Assembly: GCA_964345285.1 (NCBI GenBank)
Contig: CAYFQN010000001.1
Coordinates: 325-64,324, forward strand
DNA: 64,000 nucleotides
Direction: 5' to 3'
DNA from: an uncultured Rhodothermales bacterium
Lineage (GTDB): Bacteria > Bacteroidota > Rhodothermia > Rhodothermales > Salinibacteraceae
In this document: piece by piece, positions 28,093 to 37,222 of the stretch
Position numbering within the stretch: position 1 is the first letter of the stretch
How the letters are laid out: every line of letters begins with the position of its first letter
Translations under genes and position numbers: made by a program
Notes under the pieces: model-generated
The model's database searches: none
What the model was told of the DNA's origin: nothing
What the model saw: only the letters and a program-made list of their open reading frames with translations

Positions 28093-29229
28093 TGAAAAAA
28101 TACACCGACAACGAATTGGACGCCCTTATCGAGCGCGTAGATGCGCTCGGAGGCTATCTTTGACTTAGACGAACGCCGTGCCACCGTCGAAGAGCTGAAC
28201 CAGCAGCGTCTGGATCCGGGCTTTTGGGACGATCCGCAATCGGCCCAGCAGGTCGAAAAGCAAATCGCCGAGGAGCAGAAATGGATCGACGAGTGGGAAG
28301 ACCTCAAGGAGCAGGCCGAGAACGTCGAGACCCTCCGCCTCCTCGCCGACGAAGAGGGCGAAGACCTTCAGGATGACATCTTCAGCGAGGCGCAGCACCT
28401 TGAACGCCACCTTGACAAACTGGAGCTCCGCAGCTTGCTGAGTGATCCGGACGATAAGCGAACCGCTATCCTCACGATCAACCCCGGCGCTGGGGGAACG
28501 GAGAGCCAGGACTGGGCAGAGACGCTACTGCGCATGTACTCACGCTGGGCCGAACAGGAAGATTTTGAGGTGGAGATGCTCGAATACCAACCTGCAGAGG
28601 AAGCGGGCATAAAAAGCGCCACGCTCCGGATCGAGGGCCGGTACGCGTACGGATACCTCAAGGGCGAGTCGGGTGTCCACCGGCTCGTGCGCATCTCGCC
28701 GTACGACTCTAGTAACCGCCGTCACACTTCATTCGCCAGCGTGTTCGTGTATCCTGAGGTCGATGACGATATAGAAGTTGACCTAAGCGCAGGCGAGACG
28801 GAACTGCAGACGTTCCGCTCTGGCGGTAGCGGTGGGCAGCACGTGAACAAGGTGGCGACTGGCGTACGGCTCATCTGGAACGGGGAGCTCTCCAACGGCG
28901 AAGCGGTGCGCATTGAAGCGGAGTGTACGGCCGAGCGCAGCCAGCTGCAGAACCGAAACCGGGCTGAGCAGATGTTGCGAAGCCGCGTCTACCAAGCCGA
29001 GAAGGAACTACAAGAGGCCGCTAGGGAGGAACTCGAGAGCTCCAAGAAAAAAATCGAGTGGGGCAGTCAGATTCGCTCATACGTCCTCCATCCGTATACC
29101 ATGGTCAACGACCACCGTACGGAGACAAAGGTGTCCGATGCCAATAAAGTACTCGACGGCCACCTGGAGCCCTTCATTCAGGCGCTGTTACTGCATGACG
29201 TGGAGGGTAAGAAGGCGTCTGTCTCCTAG
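28092..29229 (+). CDS. prfB: peptide chain release factor 2, expressed through a programmed +1 frameshift
   Basis: Frame 0 from the ATG at 28092 reads MKKYTDNELDALIERVDALGGYL and stops at the TGA at 28161-28163. A +1 shift at CTT TGA C joins track ORF 28141..29229 (DLDERRATVEELN...). The GGQ motif is RSGGSGGQHVNKV. RISPYDS occupies the SPF position. Confidence 0.9.
28149..28164 (+). other. prfB +1 frameshift site (SD-like GGAGG, then CTT TGA C)
   Basis: GGAGGCTATCTTTGAC matches the canonical autoregulatory RF2 shift site. It has an internal Shine-Dalgarno-like element, a 3-nt spacer, a slippery CUU, and a UGA stop followed by C. Confidence 0.85.
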
Positions 29230-29417
29230 CGTACCCACTAAGAGCGTCCCAACCAAGATGGTGCAAGCTCGGTGGGGCCCTCGCCTGGGGAAACATCCCC
29301 ACATGGGGGGCGTTGTGATGACACATGCGTAAGACCTTGTGTCTGGCGCATCCCTGTGATGGTTTGCCTGAGGGTGGCTACCGGCCGCCCTTTTCTGTTG
29401 ACCCTCAAGGGTTCGAG

Positions 29418-29455
29418 AACGCTCGTCTCGACAAGCTCGGGGTCGAGCGTTTTTT
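29418..29455 (+). terminator. rho-independent terminator about 190 nt downstream of prfB
   Basis: The stem is AACGCTCG..CTCGA (loop CAAGC) TCGGG..CGAGCGTT, followed by TTTTT. It lies 16 nt upstream of the rimP ATG. Confidence 0.65.
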
Positions 29456-29470
29456 GCACGATGCAACTAA

Positions 29471-29959
29471 ATGTACATGAGTAACAGCGTTGAACAGACG
29501 ACGGAGGGTATTGCCGCGCAGGTGCGGGCATTCACCGAAGAAGTGATCGCCGGCACGCCGTACTTTATCGTCGACGTGGAGGTGCGCGGGCACAAAGGAA
29601 CGCGCGTGGTGGAGATCTTTGTGGAGAGCGATGCGGAGCTTAACCACGACGACCTCGCCCGAATAAGCAATGAGGTTGGTTTCCTACTAGAGGTCGAAGA
29701 TGTGATCGACGGCGGATATACTTTAGAGGTGTCCTCGCCGGGAATTAAACGCCCCTTGACCATGCCGCGTCAGTTCAAGAAGAACGAAGGACGGGAGCTG
29801 CGCGTAAAGTATGAATGTGAAGACGGAGGGGCTGAGAATACGTTGGGTACGTTGTGCACCGCTGACGATGAGACTATCACGCTGGAGCTTGCGTCCGGTG
29901 AGACGCAACGCATCCCCTATGATGCCATAGAGCGCGCCAAGCTGGAACTGCCCTGGTAG
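29471..29959 (+). CDS. rimP: ribosome maturation factor RimP
   Basis: 162 aa immediately upstream of nusA. It carries the typical LEVSSPGIKRPL motif. Confidence 0.85.
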   Translation: MYMSNSVEQTTEGIAAQVRAFTEEVIAGTPYFIVDVEVRGHKGTRVVEIFVESDAELNHDDLARISNEVGFLLEVEDVIDGGYTLEVSSPGIKRPLTMPRQFKKNEGRELRVKYECEDGGAENTLGTLCTADDETITLELASGETQRIPYDAIERAKLELPW

Positions 29960-30004
29960 CCAGCCTGCACGCCTTCTGCACCCTTTATCACGAGACAACA
30001 CACT

Positions 30005-31507
30005 ATGCGAAGCCAAGACCTGGTTTCCTCATTTGGGGAGATCGCCCGGGCAAAAGACATTGACCGTGATACGCTTCAGCTTATCGTTGAAGACGTGATG
30101 CGGGCGATGATCCGGAAGCGATACGGCTCCGACGAGGCCTTCGAGATCATCTTCAACCCAGAGCAGGGTGATATCCAAATCCTGCACATCCGGGAGGTAG
30201 TGCCCAATATGGATTTGGAAGATCCCGTGACCGAGGTGGAGCTGGATGAGGCCAAAGACTTTGATCCGGACTTTGAGGTGGGCGACGAGGTGGCCAGCGA
30301 GTTGAGTATTGCCGACTTCGGGCGTCGTGCTGTCATGATGGGCCGGCAGACCTTTCGACAAAGCATTCGCGATCTGGAGAAGGAGCAGATTTACGAGGAG
30401 TACTCGAAGCTCGTCGGCGAGATCATCGTCGGCGAGATCTACCAGGTGCGCCGCCACGAGACGTTGCTCATGCACGAAGGCACGGAGCTTGTCCTGCCAC
30501 GCAACGAACAGATCCCGCGTGACCACTACCGCAAGGGCAACATGCTCCGCACGGTGGTCAAAGAGGTCAAGCGCGACGCAGGCAGTGACCCGCAGGTTGT
30601 CGTCAGTCGCACCGATCCCATCTTCATGGAGCGGCTCTTCGAGATCGAAGTGCCTGAGATCTACGAAGGCATCGTCGAGATCAAAGAAATCGCCCGGATC
30701 CCGGGAGACCGCGCCAAGGTGGCCGTCGTCAGTCACGACGAGCGCGTGGACCCCGTCGGCGCCTGCGTCGGCGTCAAGGGCGTGCGCATTCACGCCGTGG
30801 TGCGCGAGTTAGCCAACGAAAACATCGACGTTCTGCAGTGGTCGGATAACCCGCACGAGTTGATCGCTCGGGCGCTCTCGCCGGCCAATCCAGTCGACGT
30901 GAAGCTCAACCGCGATGCCGATCCGGCTCGGGCTCGGGTAGAGGTCGTGGCCGATGAGGTCAGCCAGGCGATTGGGAAAGGGGGCGTCAACATCCGGCTG
31001 GCCTCGCAGCTGACCGGGTTCGAGATCGATGTTTACCGCGAAATCCCGGCTGATGAGGAAGACATCGACATCGAAGAGTTCGGTGATGAGCTGGAGGAAG
31101 ACACCATAGGCAAGCTTAAGCGCATTGGATGCGACACGGGGAAGGCGGTTCTTGAACTCTCGGTGGATGAGCTCTCCCGCCGTGCCGAGTTGGACCGCGA
31201 CACCGCCCAACGCGTTTTAGAAATTATTGAGACTGAGTTCGAAGAAGGACCTGGCATCGTACAGCAGCTGGAGCGTGGTCGGTTCACCGTCACGGCTCCT
31301 CAGGGCGGCGAGGACGATCCGGAACGCTCCGCGGATGTCGAGCCCACTGCTGAGGACGTTGAAGAGGACGAGTTGCCCGCTGACTTGACCGACACTGAAA
31401 ATGGACAGGCTGCTGATGAGGAGCCCGCGTCCGTGTCTGAACCAGGTGAAGAAGCGGCGGTAGCCCCCGATACTTCGACAGAAGAAGAGAAAGAAATCGA
31501 ATCCTAA
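30005..31507 (+). CDS. nusA: transcription termination/antitermination factor NusA with an acidic C-terminal tail
   Basis: 500 aa with the N-terminal domain, S1, two KH domains (GACVGVKGVRI, AIGKGGVNIRLA), an HhH-like region and a D/E-rich end. Confidence 0.9.
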   Translation: MRSQDLVSSFGEIARAKDIDRDTLQLIVEDVMRAMIRKRYGSDEAFEIIFNPEQGDIQILHIREVVPNMDLEDPVTEVELDEAKDFDPDFEVGDEVASELSIADFGRRAVMMGRQTFRQSIRDLEKEQIYEEYSKLVGEIIVGEIYQVRRHETLLMHEGTELVLPRNEQIPRDHYRKGNMLRTVVKEVKRDAGSDPQVVVSRTDPIFMERLFEIEVPEIYEGIVEIKEIARIPGDRAKVAVVSHDERVDPVGACVGVKGVRIHAVVRELANENIDVLQWSDNPHELIARALSPANPVDVKLNRDADPARARVEVVADEVSQAIGKGGVNIRLASQLTGFEIDVYREIPADEEDIDIEEFGDELEEDTIGKLKRIGCDTGKAVLELSVDELSRRAELDRDTAQRVLEIIETEFEEGPGIVQQLERGRFTVTAPQGGEDDPERSADVEPTAEDVEEDELPADLTDTENGQAADEEPASVSEPGEEAAVAPDTSTEEEKEIES

Positions 31508-31590
31508 GTAGCACGCGCATCTGGTTGTGGCGGATGGGCTCGGTCCACCGGTGCAGCCAGAGGCCCGATGTTTAATCATCAACCGACTAC

Positions 31591-34500
31591 ATGGCCACAC
31601 GAGAGAAGTTCAAAAAGAAACGGCTATTCAAGGTCGCACGCGACCTCAACGTGTCGAAAGATCGGCTCGTCCAATTTCTCGAAGAGCAAGGCTACGGCGA
31701 TGCGCTTTCGGGAAAAGGGCTGAACGCTTCGATCACGGATGAGGAAGCGTACCTCGTGCTCCGCAAGGAGTACGCGGACGATGCCGAGGCGGCTGCGCGA
31801 GTTCGCGAGATGCGCGCCGCGCAGTCCGAAGGCGACGGGTACAGCGGGGAAGAGGTAGCCAGCCTTGAGGAGGAAGAGGCCGAAGCCACCGATCAGCCAG
31901 CCCACGAAAGCCCGGCGTCTGGTGACGGCGTGGCTGCCGTTGAGGCCGAAGAGGAGGAGGCTGCGTCTACGGCCGAAGCTCCTGTTACCGAAGAAGAGGC
32001 CACGGCGCCGGATGAGGTCGAACCCGCCCCGGAGGAGCCGCAAGCCGACGCACAAGAACCGACTGCCGATGCTGGCGAGGCACAGCAGGCCAGTGCAGAG
32101 GTCGAGGAATCGGTTGAGGCGCCTGCCGAGGCCCACGACCAGGTCGAAGCCGACGAAGCCGAAGAAGCCGTCTCCGAGGAAGCGACAGCCACAGAGCAGG
32201 ACACGCCCACTGCCGATAGCACGGAAGCCGTTACTGCGTCGGACCAGGTCGATGAAGCCGACCAGGCCGATGAATCCGACGCGGCCGAATCGCTGAGCAG
32301 CGAGGCCTCCGCCGACGAGGCCCCTCAAGCTGATGCTGTTGCCGAAGAGTCGAATGCCGATGCCGATGAGCCCGCTACCGTTGGCAGCACAGCCCTTGAG
32401 CGTCCAGAGGATGAGTTGGAGGAGCTCGACGCTGAAGACGTCGAAGACATCTCCGATGAGGTGGACGAGGAAGACGAGATCGACGACACCCTCAAAGCGA
32501 ACCGCTACCGCCTGAGCGGAACGGAGGTGGTGGGTAAGGTTGACTTGTCCCAGTTCAAGAAGCGCAAGCGCCGCCGCAAGCGGAAAAAGAAACAGAAGTC
32601 CAAAGAGCGCGAAGACCGCAAGCAGAAGAAGAAAAAGAGGAAGAAAAAGAAAAAGAAAAGAGGCAAAAAGGGCCGTCGCCGCGAGGTGACGGAAGAGGAC
32701 GTCGAACAGACGATCCAAGAAACCCTGCAGGAACTGGAGCAGGGTGCCAGTCGGGCACGGCAGCGCCGCCGTCGCCGCCGTCGCGAGCGCCATGCGCGTC
32801 AGCGTGAGCAGGAACGTCAGCGTGAGGCTGAGCAGGAAAGTGTGCTCCGTGTTACGGAGTTCGTCTCCACCGGCGAACTCGCCAGCCTGATGGGCGAGTC
32901 CGTGAGCGACGTGATCAGCACGCTATTCGATGCTGGCATGATGGTATCGATCAACCAGCGCCTTGACCGCGACACGATTGAGTTCGTTGCCGCTGAGTAT
33001 GACCTCGACGTCGAATTCATCGAGGAATACAGCGGGGGCACGATCGAGCTTGAGGAAGACGACCCGGGTGATCTCGAGCCCCGGGCGCCTGTCGTCACCG
33101 TCATGGGCCACGTCGACCACGGCAAGACGTCGCTGCTCGACTACATCCGAAGCGCCAACGTGGTTGCCGGCGAGGCCGGTGGCATTACACAGCATATTGG
33201 CGCCTACAACGTAGAGTTACCCGATCAGGACGCCGACCTCACCTTCCTCGACACCCCGGGCCACGAGGCCTTCACGGCCATGCGTGCCCGTGGGGCCAAG
33301 GCCACGGACGTGGTCATTCTTGTCGTGGCGGCGGATGACTCGGTGATGCCACAGACCATTGAGGCCATCAATCACGCACAGGCGGCCGAGGTGCCGATCG
33401 TAGTGGCCATCAATAAGATGGATAAGCCAGAGGCCGACGCGCAAAAGGTGATGGCCGAGCTGGCGGAGCACAACGTACTCGTCGAGCAGTACGGAGGTAA
33501 GGTGCAGGCCGCGGAGGTATCGGCCGAGACGGGGGAAGGCATCCCCGACTTGCTGGAGAAGATCGTCCTGCAGGCTGAGCTCCTCGAGCTTCAGGCCAAC
33601 CCGAACCGTAATGCCGACGGCATTATCATCGAGAGCCGCAAGGAGAAAGGCCGTGGAAACGTCATCACGGTTCTTGTCCAAAATGGCACGCTCAATGTGG
33701 GGGACCCGTTCGTAGCCGGTATCCACAGCGGCAGCGTCCGCGCTATGTTCGACGAGCGCGACAACCGCGTCGAGAGCGTGGGGCCGTCCATGCCGGCTCT
33801 CGTGCTAGGTTGCGATGGCCAGCCCGAGGTGGGCGACCAGTTCATTGCTCTGAATGATGAGGGCATTGCTCGCGAGATTGCCAACGAACGGCAGCAGATT
33901 CACCGCGAGCAGGAGCTACGTCGCAAGAGCCAGGTGTCGCTGGACCAGATCAGCCAGCGGATGGCTACGGGCGAGTTCCAGGAGCTCAACCTCATTGTCA
34001 AGGCCGACGTGGGGGGGTCTGTCGAAGCCCTCTCCGACTCCTTGCAGAAGCTGAAGACGGACGAAGTCGCAGTTAATATCATTCACAGCGGCGTAGGCGC
34101 CATCACAGAAAGTGACGTGATGCTGGCCCGCGCTTCAGACGCCGTCATCATGGGCTTCCAGGTGCGGCCTACACCGGGCGCGCGCAACACGGCCGAGCAG
34201 GAAGAGGTCGATATCCGGACGTACTCGATCATCTACGACGCGATCGAAGACGTGCGCGACGCGCTCGAAGGCTTGCTCTCGCCCGAGCGGAACGAGCGCA
34301 CGCTGGGCACTGCCGAGGTCCGCGACATCTTCAAGGTGCCAAACGTGGGTACAGTGGCCGGCTCGTACGTCATTGATGGCGAGATCAACCGCAACAATCG
34401 CATCCGCGTCATCCGCGACGGCGTTGTGATCTACGAAGGTGCGATCGGATCGCTGAAACGATTCCAAGACGATGTTAAAGAGGTGCAAAGCGGATATGAG

Positions 34501-34596
34501 TGCGGCATCTCGGTGAAGAACTTCAACGACATCAAGGTGGGCGACCAGCTTGAGTCTTACGAGATCGTCGAGAAGAAGCGGACGCTTGAGGTCTAG
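31591..34596 (+). CDS. infB: translation initiation factor IF-2
   Basis: 1001 aa. The G-domain motifs are [20 protein letters not shown] and NKMD. The N-terminal third is hyper-acidic and is followed by a ~45-aa K/R block. Confidence 0.95.
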   Translation: MATREKFKKKRLFKVARDLNVSKDRLVQFLEEQGYGDALSGKGLNASITDEEAYLVLRKEYADDAEAAARVREMRAAQSEGDGYSGEEVASLEEEEAEATDQPAHESPASGDGVAAVEAEEEEAASTAEAPVTEEEATAPDEVEPAPEEPQADAQEPTADAGEAQQASAEVEESVEAPAEAHDQVEADEAEEAVSEEATATEQDTPTADSTEAVTASDQVDEADQADESDAAESLSSEASADEAPQADAVAEESNADADEPATVGSTALERPEDELEELDAEDVEDISDEVDEEDEIDDTLKANRYRLSGTEVVGKVDLSQFKKRKRRRKRKKKQKSKEREDRKQKKKKRKKKKKKRGKKGRRREVTEEDVEQTIQETLQELEQGASRARQRRRRRRRERHARQREQERQREAEQESVLRVTEFVSTGELASLMGESVSDVISTLFDAGMMVSINQRLDRDTIEFVAAEYDLDVEFIEEYSGGTIELEEDDPGDLEPRAPVVTVMGHVDHGKTSLLDYIRSANVVAGEAGGITQHIGAYNVELPDQDADLTFLDTPGHEAFTAMRARGAKATDVVILVVAADDSVMPQTIEAINHAQAAEVPIVVAINKMDKPEADAQKVMAELAEHNVLVEQYGGKVQAAEVSAETGEGIPDLLEKIVLQAELLELQANPNRNADGIIIESRKEKGRGNVITVLVQNGTLNVGDPFVAGIHSGSVRAMFDERDNRVESVGPSMPALVLGCDGQPEVGDQFIALNDEGIAREIANERQQIHREQELRRKSQVSLDQISQRMATGEFQELNLIVKADVGGSVEALSDSLQKLKTDEVAVNIIHSGVGAITESDVMLARASDAVIMGFQVRPTPGARNTAEQEEVDIRTYSIIYDAIEDVRDALEGLLSPERNERTLGTAEVRDIFKVPNVGTVAGSYVIDGEINRNNRIRVIRDGVVIYEGAIGSLKRFQDDVKEVQSGYECGISVKNFNDIKVGDQLESYEIVEKKRTLEV

Positions 34597-34673
34597 CGGC
34601 CCGCTCTGCGCGTCGCACGCTTCACGCAGTGCGCCTTCTGATCGAGTCACGCCTTCCGTTTTCCTCCGACCCC

Positions 34674-35045
34674 ATGAGTATCCGCACCGAGCAAGTCGCT
34701 GAGCTCATTCAGCGCGAAGTGGCCAGCATTCTCCAGCGCGAATTTTCAGATCGGCTGCACCCGATGGTGACCATCACGCGGGCTCGCGTGACGCCCGATC
34801 TATCCATTGCGTATATCCACGCCAGCGTGTTGGGCGACACAGAGGAGCAACGCAAGGCTACATTCAAGCAGCTAAAGGCATTGACTCCTCAAGTCCGTGA
34901 CATCCTGGCGTCTCGAATTCGCCATCAGCTCCGAACCGTGCCTGAGCTCAAGTTTTTCCTTGACGAGTCGCTGCAGAAGGCGAAGCGGATGGAAAGTCTG
35001 TTCGATCGGATCCGCAAGGAGCGCGAGCGCCGCAACGCTGAATAA
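34674..35045 (+). CDS. rbfA: ribosome-binding factor A
   Basis: The internal ATG at 34674 gives [20 protein letters not shown]. It occupies the conserved position after infB. Confidence 0.85.
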   Translation: MSIRTEQVAELIQREVASILQREFSDRLHPMVTITRARVTPDLSIAYIHASVLGDTEEQRKATFKQLKALTPQVRDILASRIRHQLRTVPELKFFLDESLQKAKRMESLFDRIRKERERRNAE

Positions 35046-35076
35046 ACCCATTCACCACCTCACCTTGACGTAGCAC

Positions 35077-35790
35077 GTGTGCCGTTCCACCCCGCCCGAC
35101 GATGTTGTGTATGCGCCGCCGCATCTGCCAGCGGCGTTCACCCGGGCGGTCTTGCCTATTGACAAGCCGCAGTGGGATACGTCGTTCGATATCGTGCGTA
35201 CCATCCGCCGCCTCACCGATAAGCGAAAGGTAGGCCACGCCGGCACGCTCGACCCCATGGCGACCGGGCTGCTCATCGTGCTTGTGGGCCGTGCCACAAA
35301 GCTGATGCGCACCTTCATGGAGCTGCCGAAGATGTACACAGGCACATTCCGCTTAGGGCAGGTCACGCCGTCGTACGATACGGAGACTGAGGTATTGGAA
35401 GAGCAGGACTGGTCGGGGATCGGGGCCGACGACCTCGACGCGGCTCGTGCCCCATTCATCGGCACGATCACGCAGCGTGCACCGGCGTACTCAGCGGTTA
35501 AGGTCCGTGGCGAACGACTGTACAAGAAGGCGCGACGTGGCGAGACGGTTGACCGCCCGCCCCGGCAGGTGACCATTGATGCATTCGAGATCACCGGTCG
35601 TGATGGTGCTGACGTCTCGTTCCGTGTCACATGCTCAAAGGGGACATATATCCGCAGTTTGGCGCATGACTTTGGGCAGCACCTGGGCGTAGGCGCTCAT
35701 CTTGTAGCGCTACGCCGTACGGCGATCGGCCCCTACCAGGCGGCTGATGCGTGGTCCATGGATGCCCTTGCGACGCAACTCGAATCCTGA
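35077..35790 (+). CDS. truB: tRNA pseudouridine(55) synthase
   Basis: Motifs LPIDKPQWDTSFDIV and the catalytic-Asp motif GHAGTLDPMATG are present. The start is a GTG and is uncertain. Confidence 0.85.
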   Translation: MCRSTPPDDVVYAPPHLPAAFTRAVLPIDKPQWDTSFDIVRTIRRLTDKRKVGHAGTLDPMATGLLIVLVGRATKLMRTFMELPKMYTGTFRLGQVTPSYDTETEVLEEQDWSGIGADDLDAARAPFIGTITQRAPAYSAVKVRGERLYKKARRGETVDRPPRQVTIDAFEITGRDGADVSFRVTCSKGTYIRSLAHDFGQHLGVGAHLVALRRTAIGPYQAADAWSMDALATQLES

Positions 35791-35807
35791 CGTACCCCCT
35801 GAGTCGA

Positions 35808-36752
35808 ATGAAGCGCGAATTTGGGTTGGAGGCCACCACTGCCGATGACGACGCCGTTGTCACCATTGGCACCTTCGATGGCGTGCATCGCGGGCACCAA
35901 GCCATTTTGCGGTACCTGACCGACCGGGCTGAGCAGCGGAATGGCGTGAGCACCGTGGTATCGTTCGACCCGCACCCTCGGGAGGTGGTGCACAGCGAAT
36001 TTGTATCCTTGCTGACGACGGTGGACGAGCGAGCCAAACTGCTTGAGGAGTACGGCCTGGACCGCTTCGTCGTCATCCCGTTCACTGAATCGTTCGCACA
36101 GTTGAGTCCCGAGGCATACGTGGAAGAAATTCTCTTAGGCCATGTGGGGCTCAAAGAAGTGGTGATCGGATACGACCACCGGTTCGGGCGCAACCGCGAA
36201 GGCGATCAGGCATTGCTGGAACGCCTCGGCCAAGCCCACGGGTTTACCGTCGACGTCATCCCGGCCCAGGAAGTCGACCACGATGTCGTCTCCTCCAGTC
36301 GAGTCCGTGAGCTGCTGGCCGACGAGGGCGACATCCAGCGAGCTACCGAGATGCTCGGCCACCCGTTCTCACTGGCTGGGACCGTCGAACGAGGCGAGGG
36401 ACGCGGCCGCAAACTCGGCTTCCCCACCGCCAATCTATCGCTACATGACGAGCGCAAACTGGTCCCACAGATCGGGGTCTACGCAACGCGTGTGCAGGTC
36501 GGTGACACCCGGCCTCTGTACGGTGGGATGATGAACATCGGTCGGCGGCCTACCTTCGACGGCATGGATGTCACGGTTGAAGTGCATCTACTTGACTTTG
36601 AGGGCAACTTATACGGGGAGGCGGTGCGTGTTGAATTCCTGCAAAGATTGCGAGACGAACAAAAATTCGACTCGCCAGATGCGCTCGTGGCGCAACTTTC
36701 TCGCGACCAAGAACATTGCAGGACTGTACTTGACACCATAGAGGCTGCCTAG
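35808..36752 (+). CDS. ribF: bifunctional riboflavin kinase / FMN adenylyltransferase
   Basis: The adenylyltransferase motif is GTFDGVHRGH and the kinase part includes GFPTANL. I moved the start to the ATG at 35808 inside track ORF 35751..36752. Confidence 0.9.
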   Translation: MKREFGLEATTADDDAVVTIGTFDGVHRGHQAILRYLTDRAEQRNGVSTVVSFDPHPREVVHSEFVSLLTTVDERAKLLEEYGLDRFVVIPFTESFAQLSPEAYVEEILLGHVGLKEVVIGYDHRFGRNREGDQALLERLGQAHGFTVDVIPAQEVDHDVVSSSRVRELLADEGDIQRATEMLGHPFSLAGTVERGEGRGRKLGFPTANLSLHDERKLVPQIGVYATRVQVGDTRPLYGGMMNIGRRPTFDGMDVTVEVHLLDFEGNLYGEAVRVEFLQRLRDEQKFDSPDALVAQLSRDQEHCRTVLDTIEAA

Positions 36753-36755
36753 CTG

Positions 36756-36800
36756 GGCCGTCTCGGATGCCGCTGCACTCGGCAGACGGCCTTCTTCTTT
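36756..36800 (+). terminator. putative terminator after ribF
   Basis: The outer stem is GGCCGTCT ... AGACGGCC, with an inner GCCG/CGGC stem, followed by TTCTTCTTT. Confidence 0.5.
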
Positions 36801-36804
36801 AGCA

Positions 36805-36813
36805 TGGTATAAT
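36805..36813 (+). promoter_or_regulatory. extended -10 promoter element (TGgTATAAT) for rpsO
   Basis: TGGTATAAT ends 20 nt upstream of the rpsO ATG. A GAGGT Shine-Dalgarno lies between them at about 36819-36823. Confidence 0.5.
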
Positions 36814-36833
36814 CTAAAGAGGTAAACCCCTTA

Positions 36834-37100
36834 ATGATCACCAAGGAACGCAAGCAAGAACTCATCGACCAGTTCGGCCAAGATGCCGACGATACAGGTA
36901 CCCCCGAGGTCCAGATCGCGATTTTCTCTGACCGCATCAACCGGCTGACGGAGCACCTGAAGGAACATCCCAACGACCACTCCACGCGGCACGGGTTGCT
37001 CAAGCTCGTCGGTAAGCGCCGTCGCCTGCTCAACTACCTGCAGGGGAATAAGATCGAGCGCTACCGAGCTATTATTGACAAACTCGGGCTTCGCAAATAA
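36834..37100 (+). CDS. rpsO: 30S ribosomal protein S15
   Basis: 88 aa, including GSPEVQIA-like [49 protein letters not shown]. Confidence 0.95.
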   Translation: MITKERKQELIDQFGQDADDTGTPEVQIAIFSDRINRLTEHLKEHPNDHSTRHGLLKLVGKRRRLLNYLQGNKIERYRAIIDKLGLRK

Positions 37101-37109
37101 GTCCTAGAC

Positions 37110-37145
37110 GGCGGCATCCCTCTGCGGATGGCCGCCCTTCTTTTT
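37110..37145 (+). terminator. terminator/attenuator hairpin between rpsO and pnp
   Basis: GGCGGCATCC (loop CTCTGC) GGATGGCCGCC, followed by CTTCTTTTT. This is the classical position of the rpsO-pnp processing and termination hairpin. Confidence 0.65.
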
Positions 37146-37222
37146 GCCTGCGCGACGTTCCGCGTGCCCTGACGGCACGCACCCTACGCTGTTGACAATC
37201 GCCTGACTGAGAGACTTTACCG

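Noticed and set aside
29405-29425. GGGTTCGAGAA, which resembles a tRNA T-loop and lies upstream of rimP, where E. coli has a tRNA gene.
   Set aside because: No complementary T-stem, acceptor stem or anticodon arm can be drawn. The bases instead form the 5' half of the terminator hairpin.
32566-32688. A purine-rich, quasi-repetitive AAGAAAAAG stretch that could suggest a tandem repeat or repeat array.
   Set aside because: It lies in frame inside infB and encodes the Lys/Arg block. It has no spacer-repeat organisation.
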